DNA of 64,000 bases from Phormidesmis sp. (lineage in GTDB: Bacteria; Cyanobacteriota; Cyanobacteriia; Leptolyngbyales; Leptolyngbyaceae), in the NCBI GenBank assembly GCA_965248535.1, contig CBDFJR010000002.1, positions 2,144,001 through 2,208,000 of the forward strand. Reading direction: 5' to 3'. This document shows, one piece after another, positions 50,341-60,972 of the stretch. The translations under genes were made by a program, and so were the position numbers. Positions within the stretch are counted from its first letter, which is position 1; the number at the start of each line of letters is the position of its first letter. Below the pieces are notes generated by a model. The model searched no databases. It worked only from the letters and a program-made list of their open reading frames with translations, and was not told the DNA's origin.

Positions 50341-50880
50341 TTACTTGATGACTGTGACTACTGTCCCTAGGTTGATCTGTTCAAAAAGTTCTGCAATATC
50401 TTTGACATACATGCGAACGCAGCCATGAGAGGCCGCTTTGCCTACAGAAAGGGGAGTCGGGGTGCCATGAAACCCGATCGCGTTTTTGCCATCTGTCCAA
50501 AACCCAAGCCAGTAGCCGCCCAGGGGGTTCTCAGGGTCTTTGCCCGCAACTTTTTCGCCTGTGAAGGGATGAACCCAGATTGGGTTTCTGACTTTTTGCA
50601 TGACTTGAAACGTACCCGTCGGCGTTTCCCACCCAGGGCGACCGACCGCGATCGGGTAGGTTTTGACTTTGACATCAGCTTGATAAAGCGTAACCTGACG
50701 CTTGCTGAGACTAATTTCTAGCCGCAGAGGTTGAGTCTCAGGCTGGATTTGAACCACATTGGGAGATTGAATCGGCAGGGTCTCGATCGCCAGTCCTATT
50801 TGAGGAACGGTGAGGGCGGCGATCGTGCCCAACCAGCCCAAGAGTCTAAGAGAGTGCTTCAGCATCCACAAATCCGACAA
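50341..50880 (-). CDS. L,D-transpeptidase (YkuD family)
   Basis: YPIAVGRPGWETPTG, NPLG, IGFHGT, ASHGCVRM. Confidence 0.92.
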   Translation of the reverse strand: MSDLWMLKHSLRLLGWLGTIAALTVPQIGLAIETLPIQSPNVVQIQPETQPLRLEISLSKRQVTLYQADVKVKTYPIAVGRPGWETPTGTFQVMQKVRNPIWVHPFTGEKVAGKDPENPLGGYWLGFWTDGKNAIGFHGTPTPLSVGKAASHGCVRMYVKDIAELFEQINLGTVVTVIK

Positions 50881-51000
50881 AACTACTTCGATGAGCGAAA
50901 CAGGTTCAGCGATCGCCCATCATCCATCCAGAGACGGAAAATTGCCCCGCACCGGGTTAAAACCGTCATGGGTCTTTGGGCACCGATCGCTAAAGCATTT

Positions 51001-51396
51001 TCATTGATTCGTGGCTAAAAATTGCTTCAGACTCAAAAGACTAAGGGTTTGTCCCAAATTAATCGGCAGCACTGAGATGCCCTCAATGCGCGACTGCACC
51101 CAACCATCGCCCCACGCCCATTCGTGAAAGCCATCAATGCCCTGACTGAGCAAAAACCGCACCCGATTGGCTTCGGCAATCTCAACCTGATGGTGAATCG
51201 CGATCGCGCCTGCCCAACTCATAAACGTCAACCCTGAATGCAGCGTATCGGGCAACCCAGGAGAAAACCGCTCAAACCAAAGCCATTGAGAGAACTGTGT
51301 AGGGTTAGCGAGACTCTGACGCAGCACCGCTTCAGACGCTTCAACCTCGATCCGCACACTGCTCTGTTGAAAAATACCAAACATCAGACCAATCAA
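51001..51396 (-). CDS. conserved hypothetical protein (possible SRPBCC-like fold)
   Basis: FQQSSVRIEVEA, LLSQGIDGFHEWAWGDGWVQSRIEGISVLP. Confidence 0.7.
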   Translation of the reverse strand: MIGLMFGIFQQSSVRIEVEASEAVLRQSLANPTQFSQWLWFERFSPGLPDTLHSGLTFMSWAGAIAIHHQVEIAEANRVRFLLSQGIDGFHEWAWGDGWVQSRIEGISVLPINLGQTLSLLSLKQFLATNQ

Positions 51397-51485
51397 TAGG
51401 GGGCATGGGTTTAGTATGGCAAACTCTGAGAGTTAGCGACGGTCAAACGCTAAATCTCGGTGGGCGCGATCGGGTTCACCATTAA

Positions 51486-51504
51486 TGCTATAAATTCTCA
51501 ATAA
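51486..51504 (+). promoter_or_regulatory. putative Fur box
   Basis: TGCTATAAATTCTCAATAA resembles cyanobacterial Fur boxes; upstream of the IsiC-like gene. Confidence 0.45.
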
Positions 51505-51628
51505 TAGTGGTAATATCTCAGTGAGATTCCACAAAACTGATGGCGTAAGATGACGATCGGTGTCCGGTCTCCCGGCAACGGCTGTCCCTTGTGACTGATT
51601 ACGCTGCACCCCTATTTCTAAACGTGTT

Positions 51629-52348
51629 ATGCCTCATTTGCCTGCGGTTCTTTGGTTGAGTGCAAGTCCGAGTTTGCAGCGGTTTAATCAACCTCTTTTG
51701 CGATATTTGGCTTCCCAAATCAGGGTCACTCAGTGGGAATATTGCCAAACTCTTGATGAAGCTAGTTCTCTCGAACAGGCAGTGGCGCTGCTAGATGATT
51801 ATCTGCAAGAATGTGACCAGCCCATTCACCTGGCAGGGCATGGCATCAGCGGCGTAGTCGGCTTGATCTGTGCCCGCCTCAACTCTAAAAGAGTGCGATC
51901 GCTGACCTTGCTCTCGGTTGCACCGCAGCCTGCCATCACCTGGCACACTCATTACTACATTCAGCGGCAGTTGATGCCTTGCAGCAGACAGCAGATCTTG
52001 GCTCAAATTGCCCGAAGTTTGTTTGGTTGTGAGTTGCCCCTGGCCGCTAAAGAGTTGGTCAAAATGCTCGATCGTGACTTAGAACTGTCTCCCAGTCCGC
52101 ACTCGCTGTTTAAGCTGCGGGAGCTAGCAAAAGGCGGCATCTCGCAGCCACTCCTGATCTGCGGCAGCAAAACTGACCCGATCGTTGACCCAAAAATGCT
52201 AGAAGGATGGCGATTTTGGCTCAAGCCAGACGACTTTTTGCAACAGTTTCCAGCGGGGCATCACTTTTTCCACACGGCTCACCCTCAGCAAGTAGGGGAT
52301 GCGTTGCTTAATTTTTGGCAAACGATGGACTCAGAAGCAGATGATTGA
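51629..52348 (+). CDS. alpha/beta-hydrolase-fold protein (IsiC-like)
   Basis: LWLSASPSLQRF, WEYCQTLDE, IHLAGHGISG, VRSLTLLSV, GHHFFH. Confidence 0.75.
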   Translation: MPHLPAVLWLSASPSLQRFNQPLLRYLASQIRVTQWEYCQTLDEASSLEQAVALLDDYLQECDQPIHLAGHGISGVVGLICARLNSKRVRSLTLLSVAPQPAITWHTHYYIQRQLMPCSRQQILAQIARSLFGCELPLAAKELVKMLDRDLELSPSPHSLFKLRELAKGGISQPLLICGSKTDPIVDPKMLEGWRFWLKPDDFLQQFPAGHHFFHTAHPQQVGDALLNFWQTMDSEADD

Positions 52349-52507
52349 TCTCAGATCTGACCCCCGTTCCCACCCTGCAAAACTCCGGTCTGAAGGCTAA
52401 GATCTACGCGCTAGACGAGTATTTTTTGTTACAGACAATACTTCTTGGGGGTGAAGCTAATTGCTTCTTAAATCAGTGAGCATAGACCTACTCGTGTAGA
52501 TCCCCCT

Positions 52508-52906
52508 ATGAATTCTTTGATGCATCCGCTTCATCAAGCCAACGATCGCATCTTGATTGTCGATGATCTAGCTGACAATTCTTTTCTGCTGCAAACGCTT
52601 TTAGAAAATGAGGGCTATCAAGTAGACGTGGCAGATAGCGGTCAAGAAGCCTTAGAAAAAGTTGTGGCAGCCCCCCCAGCGTTAATATTGCTCGACGTGA
52701 TGATGCCAGGCATGAATGGCTTTGAGGTGACCCGACGGATTCGCCAAAACAGTCGGCTGCCGTTTATTCCGATCGTGCTGGTGTCGGGTTATGACCAGCC
52801 AGATCTTGAGCAGGGGCAAACCCTAGGCGCTAACGGATTTATTCGCAAGCCCATCGATTTTGAAGACGTGATCACCCAGGTTAGAACCCTGCTAGAGAGA
52901 AACTAA
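52508..52906 (+). CDS. single-domain response regulator
   Basis: ILIVDD, ILLDVMMPGMNG, FIRKP. Confidence 0.92.
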   Translation: MNSLMHPLHQANDRILIVDDLADNSFLLQTLLENEGYQVDVADSGQEALEKVVAAPPALILLDVMMPGMNGFEVTRRIRQNSRLPFIPIVLVSGYDQPDLEQGQTLGANGFIRKPIDFEDVITQVRTLLERN

Positions 52907-53015
52907 CTCGCAAAGCTCTACCTAAAGGAAGAGCCTTAACGGGACTCAATTTATCGGATTATAAAAAGGACTAAATTCAATTTTGAAGTTTAATTTAAAC
53001 TAGTGTGGTTAAGCG

Positions 53016-54623
53016 GTGTTTGAAAGCGGGACAACGGGCGTGAGGGCTGAAGAACGATCGGCGATCGGCATGGCTTTGCAGCAGCAAGAGCAAGAGTTTG
53101 AAACCACCTTTGACCTAGCAGGGGTCGGCATTGCTCACGTTAGCACCACAGGGCAATGGCTTAGAGTCAATCAGCAACTCTGCGAGATCGTTGGCTATTC
53201 TCACCAAGAGTTGGCGCAGAAAACCTTTCAAGAAATTACCCACCCTGAAGATCTCGCCTCTGATCTGGAGCTTATGCACCAACTGCTGGCGGGTGAGATT
53301 CCTGATTACTCGTTAGAAAAACGATATATCCACAAAAACGGTAGCCTGATTTGGATCAATCTCACGGTTTCTTTGGTGCACAAACCGGATGGCAATCCTA
53401 AATATTTCATTTCAGTGATTAAAGATATCGGCGATCGCAAGCAGGCTGAAGCCGAACGGAAGCGCTATGAAGCGGAACTCAAACAAACCAGAGACGAGAG
53501 CGATCGCTTCTTTACACTCTCGCTCGATCTGCTCTGTGTCGCAGGCATGGATGGCTACTTTAAGCGCATCAACCCCGCATTTGAACGGATTTTGGGCTAC
53601 AGCGCTGACGAATTGCTGGGCCAACCCTTTTTAGAATTTGTGCACCCTGACGATCGGGCCACCACGCTGGCACAAGTGGAGACGCTCCTCGGCGGAGCCA
53701 CCACGATGCATTTTGAAAACCGCTATCGCTGTCAAGATGGCTCTTATCGGTGGCTCGACTGGGTGAGCGTGCCCGTTGTGTCAGAAGGTCTGATTTATGC
53801 CGTCGCCCATGATGTCACTCAACGCAAACAAGCCGAACTCGAAATTAAGCAGCTCAACGAAGACCTAGAGTCAAGAGTCAAACAGCGCACCGCTCAACTC
53901 GAAGCGGCTAACCGTGAGCTAGAGTCATTTTCTTATTCGGTGTCTCATGATCTGCGGGCACCTTTGCGGCACATCGCGGGGTTTGTGGGGTTGCTCAAAG
54001 CGCGACTCGCATTGTTTGATCTGGATGAAACCAGCGATCGCTACATCGCCACGATCGCCGAAACGACTCGACAAGCTGGGGTGTTGATCGATGATCTGCT
54101 GACCTTTTCGCGCATGGGGCGATCGGAGATGCACACCATCACCTTTAGCCTGGCAGAATTGCTCAAAGAAGTGAAGCGAGAAATTGATATCGATGCAGGC
54201 GATCGCGTCATTCATTGGAAAATTCACCCCCTTCCGGTGATTCAGGGCGATCCATCTATGCTCAGGCTGGTTCTCCGCAATTTGCTCGAAAATGCAGCCA
54301 AATACACCCGGTTAACTCCAAAAACCGAGATAGAATTTGGCAGCTTTGACCACCCAGATGAAATAATATTCTTTGTGCGGGATAATGGCATTGGTTTCGA
54401 TATGCGATATGTTGGCAAGCTGTTTGGCATCTTTCAAAGACTCCATGCTGGCACTCAGTTTGAGGGCACTGGCATCGGGTTAGCAAACGTCCAGCGCATC
54501 ATTCACCGTCACGGGGGGCGCGTCTGGGCCGAGGGAGAAGTCGAGCACGGAGCAACGTTTTATTTTTCGTTGCCCAAACATCGCACACAGCAACTAAACG
54601 GGTTACTGATCTCAGACCACTGA
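53016..54623 (+). CDS. PAS-PAS sensor histidine kinase
   Basis: Two PAS domains (ITHPED, FVHPDD); FSYSVSHDLRAPLR; NLLENAAKY; DNGIGF; GTGIGLA. Confidence 0.93.
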   Translation: MFESGTTGVRAEERSAIGMALQQQEQEFETTFDLAGVGIAHVSTTGQWLRVNQQLCEIVGYSHQELAQKTFQEITHPEDLASDLELMHQLLAGEIPDYSLEKRYIHKNGSLIWINLTVSLVHKPDGNPKYFISVIKDIGDRKQAEAERKRYEAELKQTRDESDRFFTLSLDLLCVAGMDGYFKRINPAFERILGYSADELLGQPFLEFVHPDDRATTLAQVETLLGGATTMHFENRYRCQDGSYRWLDWVSVPVVSEGLIYAVAHDVTQRKQAELEIKQLNEDLESRVKQRTAQLEAANRELESFSYSVSHDLRAPLRHIAGFVGLLKARLALFDLDETSDRYIATIAETTRQAGVLIDDLLTFSRMGRSEMHTITFSLAELLKEVKREIDIDAGDRVIHWKIHPLPVIQGDPSMLRLVLRNLLENAAKYTRLTPKTEIEFGSFDHPDEIIFFVRDNGIGFDMRYVGKLFGIFQRLHAGTQFEGTGIGLANVQRIIHRHGGRVWAEGEVEHGATFYFSLPKHRTQQLNGLLISDH

Positions 54624-54713
54624 CCCTGACAATTTGACGACGCACTGCCGACTACTGCACTACCAAACGACTGCGGAACCTCGGACTACGAAGTAAGGAG
54701 TATCAACTCAGCA

Positions 54714-55178
54714 ATGCCAGAGCCGGATATGAGACGTATTTTGCTAGTCGAAGACAGTTCAAACGATGTGGAATTGATCCTGAACTCGCTGTCTGAAAAT
54801 CATCTAGCCAATGAAGTGGTGGTCGTGCGAGATGGCGAAGAGGCGCTAAATTATCTCTATCGTCGCGGTATCTTTAAAATGAGAATGGAGGGCAACCCGG
54901 TGGTGGTATTGCTCGATCTCAAGCTTCCTAAGCTAAATGGCATGGAAGTGATGACCCAACTCAAGGCCGATCCTGCGTTTCGCCTGATCCCGATCGTGGT
55001 CTTAACATCATCGCGAGAAGAGCCTGACCTGCTGCGCTGCTATGAATTAGGAGCCAACGCCTATGTCGTTAAACCAATCGATTTTCACGAGTTTGTCGAT
55101 GTCATTAAACAAGTCGGTCTATTTTGGGCGGTCGTAAACCAGCCGCCACCGGGATCGCTGCCCTCGATCGCTCGATAG
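54714..55178 (+). CDS. Rcp1-like response regulator
   Basis: ILLVEDS, LLDLKLPKLNG, VVLTSS, YELGANAYVVKP. Confidence 0.92.
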   Translation: MPEPDMRRILLVEDSSNDVELILNSLSENHLANEVVVVRDGEEALNYLYRRGIFKMRMEGNPVVVLLDLKLPKLNGMEVMTQLKADPAFRLIPIVVLTSSREEPDLLRCYELGANAYVVKPIDFHEFVDVIKQVGLFWAVVNQPPPGSLPSIAR

Positions 55179-55200
55179 TCCTGTCCGGTTTTCTAAAGCA

Positions 55201-55239
55201 CTGTAGAGTGGGCACTCGTGAAAAGTCCCCACTCTACAG
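55201..55239. repeat. GTAG-type REP-like inverted repeat
   Basis: CTGTAGAGTGGG...CCCACTCTACAG, perfect 12-bp arms. Confidence 0.7.
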
Positions 55240-55275
55240 ACCCTCTAACGGATACGAATATCCCAGGAAAAGGTT

Positions 55276-57243
55276 ATGCCATCACTGCAATTTCTGCTGT
55301 TAGAAGATAGTGATCTAGATGCCGAACTGATTAAAGCCGTGCTAACAGCAGGGAACCTTGATTGTGAGTTAATGCTGGTGCAGACTCGACCCGCGTTTAT
55401 AGAAGCGCTCACAACTACAAACTTTGATTTGATTTTGTCTGATTATTCGCTGCCCAGCTTTGATGGACTTGCAGCGTTAGAAATCGCCCGCGATCTGTGC
55501 CCTGATGTGCCGTTTATTTTAGTGTCTGGCACTCTAGGCGAAGAATTAGCGATCGAGACCCTCAAAAGTGGCGCGACTGACTATGTGCTCAAGCAGCGAT
55601 TAGGGCGATTAATTCCTGCGGTGACTCGTGCCCTGAGAGAGGCTCAAGAACGCCGCAACTATCAGCAAGCCACTGCCGCGCTGCACCTGAGCGAACGCCG
55701 CTTTCGCACCTTAGCCGATGCCGTGCCCAACTTTATTTGGATCAATAATTCTCAAGGTGAGTCGGAATATTTCAACGCTCGCTGGCAGTCATTTACAGGC
55801 ATCTCATCCACAGCCACCCAAGGGCTAAACTGGGTCGCCATTACCCACCCAGACGATGCTGACCGGGTGGTCGAGACGAGAATGACGGGCATTCTGTCGG
55901 GCAACCCCTATGAAATTGAGTGTCGAATTCGTCGCTATGATGGGGTTTATCGGTGGCACCTAGTGCGGGTGGTGCCCTTCAAAGATGAGCAAGATCAGTT
56001 GCTCTATTGGTATGGCACGGCAACCGATGTGGATGACGCTAAACGGCTCTATCACCAGGCCGAAGAAGCCAATCGCATTAAAGACGAGTTTTTGGCCGTG
56101 CTCTCTCATGAACTGCGAACGCCGCTGAACCCGATCGTGGGTTGGTCAAAGCTGCTGCGGGCTAAACCCCATGACCCGGTGACGCTAGCGCGAGGGCTAG
56201 AAACCATTGAGCGCAATGCTCAAATTCAAACTCAGCTAATCGAAGATCTGCTAGATGTGTCGCGAATCTTGCGCGGCAAAGTAAGCTTAAATGCTCAACC
56301 AACCAATTTAGTAACGGTGATTGAATCGGCATTAGAAACCGTTCGGTTATCGGCAGAGGCAAAGTTTATAGACTTAGAGTTTAATTCAAGCGATCATACA
56401 GAAATGAATCAGCCTGACAATACAGGCTATATCGCCTTGGGTGATGCAGGTCGATTGCAGCAGGTGATCTGGAATTTATTGTCTAACGCGGTTAAATTTA
56501 CGCCCAATCGAGGTCGAGTTGAGATTGAACTGACAACTGAGGTTGGGATGAATAGTGCTGACGATCGCTATGCCAAAATCACAGTCCGCGACACGGGCAA
56601 AGGCATTGCTGCTCATTTTTTGCCCTATGTGTTTGAGTCTTTTCGGCAAGCAGACGGCAGCACCACGCGCACCTTTGGCGGTTTGGGGTTGGGGCTAGCG
56701 ATCGTGCGTCATTTGATCGAGCTTCATGGGGGCACTGTTGAGGCCGCGAGTCTGGGTGAAGAGCAAGGGTCAACCTTTGTGGTCAGGCTGCCGATGTTAA
56801 CGAGTGGTGGGCGACCCGTGCCGGAGCCAAAACAGGTCTCTCTGGCTTCGTCTCTGCCCTTGGTAGGTCTGCAAATTTTGATCGTTGACGATGAGCCAGA
56901 CACTCTGGATTGGATGACCGTTTTATTAGAGCAGTCGGGGGCGATCGTGCGGTCAGCTTCGTCAGTCGCAAGGGCGATCGCGGCGATCGCTGAGTTGAAA
57001 CCCAACATTCTTCTGAGCGATATCGGGATGCCTGGCGAAGATGGCTATATGCTGCTCAAACAGGTGAGAGCGCAAGAAGCTGAGGGTCATCAGATTCCGG
57101 CGATCGCCCTGACCGCCTATGCCAGAGCCGAAGATCGAGAACGAGCAATCTCGGCTGGGTTCCAAGATCATTTGACCAAGCCGATCGAGCCAAAACAATT
57201 GATTAGCGCGATTGCTAAACTCTGCTGCTCAGTTCAAGTTTAA
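55276..57243 (+). CDS. hybrid histidine kinase (REC-PAS-HisKA-HATPase-REC)
   Basis: ILSDYSLP; ITHPDD; FLAVLSHELRTPL; NLLSNAVKFT; GGLGLGLAI; C-terminal LLSDIGMP...LTKP. Confidence 0.93.
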   Translation: MPSLQFLLLEDSDLDAELIKAVLTAGNLDCELMLVQTRPAFIEALTTTNFDLILSDYSLPSFDGLAALEIARDLCPDVPFILVSGTLGEELAIETLKSGATDYVLKQRLGRLIPAVTRALREAQERRNYQQATAALHLSERRFRTLADAVPNFIWINNSQGESEYFNARWQSFTGISSTATQGLNWVAITHPDDADRVVETRMTGILSGNPYEIECRIRRYDGVYRWHLVRVVPFKDEQDQLLYWYGTATDVDDAKRLYHQAEEANRIKDEFLAVLSHELRTPLNPIVGWSKLLRAKPHDPVTLARGLETIERNAQIQTQLIEDLLDVSRILRGKVSLNAQPTNLVTVIESALETVRLSAEAKFIDLEFNSSDHTEMNQPDNTGYIALGDAGRLQQVIWNLLSNAVKFTPNRGRVEIELTTEVGMNSADDRYAKITVRDTGKGIAAHFLPYVFESFRQADGSTTRTFGGLGLGLAIVRHLIELHGGTVEAASLGEEQGSTFVVRLPMLTSGGRPVPEPKQVSLASSLPLVGLQILIVDDEPDTLDWMTVLLEQSGAIVRSASSVARAIAAIAELKPNILLSDIGMPGEDGYMLLKQVRAQEAEGHQIPAIALTAYARAEDRERAISAGFQDHLTKPIEPKQLISAIAKLCCSVQV

Positions 57244-57341
57244 TTCTCCCTACAAAAATGGGGCACAGCAACGCCGCACCCCTAGAAATCTATTAGACCT
57301 CCGGCATAAATAGAATTTTAGAGATAAAAGGCATTGGGAAT

Positions 57342-57569
57342 AAGCCCAACCGCGCCAAAGCTATCATCGGCTACCTCTCCCGCTACCGCCTCGACACCTT
57401 CGCGCACCCCCACTGGACAGCCTATCTTCATCTCCTCGCTCACCGCGATCGCGCCGACCTCATGCAAGACCTCGCTACGCTGCATCCTGCCATTTCTCAT
57501 CTCGGCGGAGAAGCCGCCATCCGAGGCCTGGTCGATGCCATGCGCGACGTATGCAATCAATGGAAATGA
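57342..57569 (+). pseudogene. 3' remnant of a large NB-ARC/STAND-type repeat protein gene
   Basis: Frame absent from the ORF track: ...WTAYLHLLAHRDRADLMQDLATLHPAISHLGGEAAIRGLVDAMRDVCNQWK*; resembles the L.LGG.EA....A..DV..WW C-terminus of bacterial STAND proteins; in-frame stop just upstream. Confidence 0.5.
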
Positions 57570-57614
57570 GGCAGAAGCGATAAACTGAAAGTGAATCTGT
57601 ATCCCCGATCGCCC

Positions 57615-57851
57615 ATGCTCACCCAAGAATTAGAACAACAACTCCTTGGTCTTGAACCCGAAGAAAAACAGCGGCTCATTCAACTCCTCAGCGAAAGTCT
57701 CCCCGCCTCCAATCCAGCCTCAACTTCCCAACCTACTCCCCAAAGTCTTGTCGAATTCCTACAAAATTCCCCCCTCGCTGAAGCGCTTGCCAGTGGTGAA
57801 CTTGACCTCACCCGCGATCAAAGTCCTATCCCCGATCGCGTTAATCTATGA
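57615..57851 (+). CDS. putative antitoxin
   Basis: LEQQLLGLEPEEKQRLIQLL...SLVEFLQNSPL...ELDLTRDQSP; ATGA overlap with the PIN gene. Confidence 0.7.
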   Translation: MLTQELEQQLLGLEPEEKQRLIQLLSESLPASNPASTSQPTPQSLVEFLQNSPLAEALASGELDLTRDQSPIPDRVNL

Positions 57852-58270
57852 CCTATTTGCTCGACACCTGTATCCTCTCAGAAGGTGCAGCGAAACAACC
57901 GAATCCCAACGTCATTCACTGGCTCACTACACAACCGATAGAGACGCTTTATCTCAGCGCAATCTCGATCGGCGAAATCTCCAAAGGGATCAACAAAATG
58001 CCAGAATCCCAGCGCAAAACTAATTTAGAAACCTGGCTCTACCAAGATTTACTCGTTCGCTTCGATTGCAGGATTCTCTCCCTGAATGTAGAGGTGATGC
58101 TAGCGTGGGGCGATTTGGTCGGCAAGCTGCAAACCCAAGGACTCGCCTTGCCCATTCTTGACTCACTCATCGCAGCCACCGCGATCCACCAGAGACTACG
58201 CCTAGTAACTCGCAACGAAAAAGACTTCAACAAAACGGGACTCACGATCGTGAATCCGTTTAACCCTTAA
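57848..58270 (+). CDS. vapC: PIN domain (VapC) toxin
   Basis: YLLDTCILSE, YLSAISIGEI, DSLIAATA, LVTRNEKDF, VNPF. Confidence 0.9.
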   Translation: MTYLLDTCILSEGAAKQPNPNVIHWLTTQPIETLYLSAISIGEISKGINKMPESQRKTNLETWLYQDLLVRFDCRILSLNVEVMLAWGDLVGKLQTQGLALPILDSLIAATAIHQRLRLVTRNEKDFNKTGLTIVNPFNP

Positions 58271-58312
58271 CTTGATTGTGCATCTCAGCGGAGCAGCCGC
58301 CATCCGAAGCAG

Positions 58313-58484
58313 TTAACGTCAGTTCGACGAGTTTTTCGCTTCGTTCTCGCGGCTTTTGCCCTCTAAATCCCCTGTTTTAGGGGACTTTAAGCCAACATTT
58401 CCGGTTCAAAGTCCCACTTGTGTGAGATTTAGGGGGCTTTCCGACTTCACCATCGCAGCGAACCTTCTATCGAACTGACGTTAA
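58313..58484. mobile_element. MITE-like non-autonomous element
   Basis: Perfect 15-bp terminal inverted repeats TTAACGTCAGTTCGA / TCGAACTGACGTTAA; internal GCCCTCTAAATCCC...GAGATTTAGGGGGC palindrome; no ORF. Confidence 0.72.
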
Positions 58485-58488
58485 ACCC

Positions 58489-60972
58489 CTAAGCAGCCAT
58501 CTCAACCGCAACTTTGGATTGTGCTCGGCTAACGTGCACCTGACCGTCTGGATCGATATCCACGATCGCCGCATCGCCTGTTTGAATCTGACCCGACAAG
58601 AACGCTTCTGCCAGGCTGTCTTCTAAAAGTCTAGCGATCGCTCGACGCAGCGGACGCGCCCCATAGCTGGGATTGTAGCCTTCAGAAACCACACGAGCTT
58701 TGAAGCGATCGCTGACCTCCAGCCCGATGCCCTGCTCACTCAACCGAGACGCAGCTTCGTAAATCAGCAGATCGGCAATTTGGGTCACCTCGTCGAGACT
58801 CAACTGACGGAAGACGATAATCTCGTCTAGACGGTTGAGAAACTCAGGACGGAAGTAGTTTTTCAACTCGTCGTTGACCTGGGTGCGAATGCGGCTATAT
58901 TGAGCCGAGTCTTGCGTCTCGGTCGAAATCTCAAAGCCCAGACCAGCGCCACCTTTCTCGATCGCCTTTGAGCCGAGGTTAGAAGTCATAATCAGCAGCG
59001 TGTTTTTAAAGCTGACGGTGCGACCTTTAGCATCGGTGAGATGACCTTCGTCTAACAGTTGCAGCAGCATATTAAACACATCGGGATGCGCCTTCTCAAT
59101 CTCGTCAAACAGCACCACGGTGTAGGGTTTGCGACGCACAGCTTCGGTGAGTTGTCCGCCTTCGTCATAGCCCACATAGCCCGGAGGCGACCCGATCAGT
59201 TTGGAAACGGTGTGAGACTCCATAAACTCAGACATATCGAGCCTAATCATCGCCTCCTCAGAGCCAAACACAGTAGCAGCTAAGGCTTTAGCGAGTTCGG
59301 TTTTGCCAACACCCGTGGGGCCAGAGAAGATAAAGCTAGCGATCGGGCGATCGGGACTTTGCAGCCCAACTCTGGCGCGCTTGATCGCCCGCGAGACGGC
59401 GGTGACGGCTTCCTGCTGTCCGATAATGCGCTCATGCAGGGTGTCTTCTAAGTGCAGCAAGAGGGCAGATTCCGATTCGGTGAGCTTGTTAACCGGAATG
59501 CTCGTCCAAGACGACACCACTTGAGCAATGTCTTCTTCGGTGACGATCGGAGACACCACCGGAGTTGATTCTCCTGACGTTTGCCCCCGCGCTGCTTGAA
59601 TTTGCGCTTCGAGTTCTAACTCACGATCGCGCAGTTTTCCAGCTTCGATAAAGTCTTGCGCTTCAACAGTGGCTTGTTTGGTCAGCTTGATCTGGCGCAA
59701 TTCTTGCTTGAGGGCTTTGGCTGGCGACTGATAAGAGTGTCTCAACCGCACGAGAGAACTCGCTTCGTCAATTAAATCGATCGCTTTATCAGGCAAGAAT
59801 CGATCAGTGATATAGCGATCGGAGAATTTAGCCGCCGCTATAATCGCAGCATTGCTAATCGTGAGTTGATGGTGTTGCTCATAGCGATCGCGCAGCCCAC
59901 GCAAAATCTCGATCGTTTCGTCAACCGACGGTTCGCCCACCATCACAGGTTGAAATCGTCGCTCTAGGGCAGCGTCGCGCTCAATGTGTTGGCGATATTC
60001 ATCCAGCGTCGTGGCTCCAATGCACTGGATTTCGCCTCTAGCCAAAGCTGGCTTGAGCAGATTAGCCGCGTCCATTCCGCCTTCTGTGCCGCCTGCGCCT
60101 ACCAGGGTGTGAATCTCGTCAATCACCAAAATGATGTTGGTAGACTGCCGCACTTCTTGCAGAATGTTGTTGAGACGCTCTTCAAAGTCACCCCGAAACT
60201 TGGTGCCTGCTAACAGAGACCCGATTTCTAAGCTGATGATCTGTTTGCCTTGCAGCAGTTCGGGAATGTCTTGATTATAAATTCGCAGCGCTAACCCTTC
60301 GGCGATCGCGGTTTTGCCGACTCCCGGTTCGCCCACTAACACCGGATTGTTTTTGGTGCGACGACCGAGAATTTGAATGACGCGATCGATCTCAGTTTGC
60401 CGACCGACGACGGGATCGAGTTTGCCTTCTGCGGCGAGGCGACTCCAGTTGGTGCCAAATTCCTCAAGGGCGGGGGTGCGATCGCTAGCAGACTTCTTGC
60501 CAGGACGCTCTTTGACATTGCCCGCCGGAACTGAGGCAATCTCACCCAGAGCGCGAATGATCTCGGTGCGAATCTGCGCGAGATCAACGCCAAAGTTAGT
60601 CAGCACCTTAGCGCCAACGCCTTGACTGTCTTGCACCAAACTGAGTAACAAGTGCTCAGGGTGGACGTAGCGATGATCAAGTTGGCGAGCCTGCTCAAAA
60701 GCGTTTTCTAGAATGCTGCGCGTCTTAGGCGTGAAGGGGAGATCTGCTAAGGTTGATCCCGTGCTTCTGCCGACGATTTTTTCGACTTCTAGGCGCGCTT
60801 TTTCTAAGGTGATGCCAAACTCATTGAGCACGGTGACGGCGATCGTGTCTTTCTGTCTGAGTAAGCCCAGCAGAACGGCCTCAGTGCCCACAGAGTTTTG
60901 CCGCAGGCGGCGAGCTTCTTCTTGGGCAAACATGATGGCAGCGATCGCCTGATTGGTGAAATTTTCAAACAT
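58489..60972 (-). CDS. clpC: ATP-dependent Clp protease ATP-binding subunit ClpC-like
   Basis: MFENFT, two Clp-N repeats, [16 protein letters not shown] coil, [26 protein letters not shown]. Confidence 0.9.
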   Translation of the reverse strand: MFENFTNQAIAAIMFAQEEARRLRQNSVGTEAVLLGLLRQKDTIAVTVLNEFGITLEKARLEVEKIVGRSTGSTLADLPFTPKTRSILENAFEQARQLDHRYVHPEHLLLSLVQDSQGVGAKVLTNFGVDLAQIRTEIIRALGEIASVPAGNVKERPGKKSASDRTPALEEFGTNWSRLAAEGKLDPVVGRQTEIDRVIQILGRRTKNNPVLVGEPGVGKTAIAEGLALRIYNQDIPELLQGKQIISLEIGSLLAGTKFRGDFEERLNNILQEVRQSTNIILVIDEIHTLVGAGGTEGGMDAANLLKPALARGEIQCIGATTLDEYRQHIERDAALERRFQPVMVGEPSVDETIEILRGLRDRYEQHHQLTISNAAIIAAAKFSDRYITDRFLPDKAIDLIDEASSLVRLRHSYQSPAKALKQELRQIKLTKQATVEAQDFIEAGKLRDRELELEAQIQAARGQTSGESTPVVSPIVTEEDIAQVVSSWTSIPVNKLTESESALLLHLEDTLHERIIGQQEAVTAVSRAIKRARVGLQSPDRPIASFIFSGPTGVGKTELAKALAATVFGSEEAMIRLDMSEFMESHTVSKLIGSPPGYVGYDEGGQLTEAVRRKPYTVVLFDEIEKAHPDVFNMLLQLLDEGHLTDAKGRTVSFKNTLLIMTSNLGSKAIEKGGAGLGFEISTETQDSAQYSRIRTQVNDELKNYFRPEFLNRLDEIIVFRQLSLDEVTQIADLLIYEAASRLSEQGIGLEVSDRFKARVVSEGYNPSYGARPLRRAIARLLEDSLAEAFLSGQIQTGDAAIVDIDPDGQVHVSRAQSKVAVEMAA

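Noticed and set aside
52376..52430. c-di-GMP-I riboswitch (GCAAAACTCCGGTCTGAAGG resembles part of it)
   Set aside because: The upstream GGCAAA and GNRA-capped hairpin are missing.
57318..57626. ORFs 57334-57588 (+) and 57318-57626 (-) from the track
   Set aside because: A third frame (57342-57569) gives a more protein-like sequence; these look like shadow ORFs.
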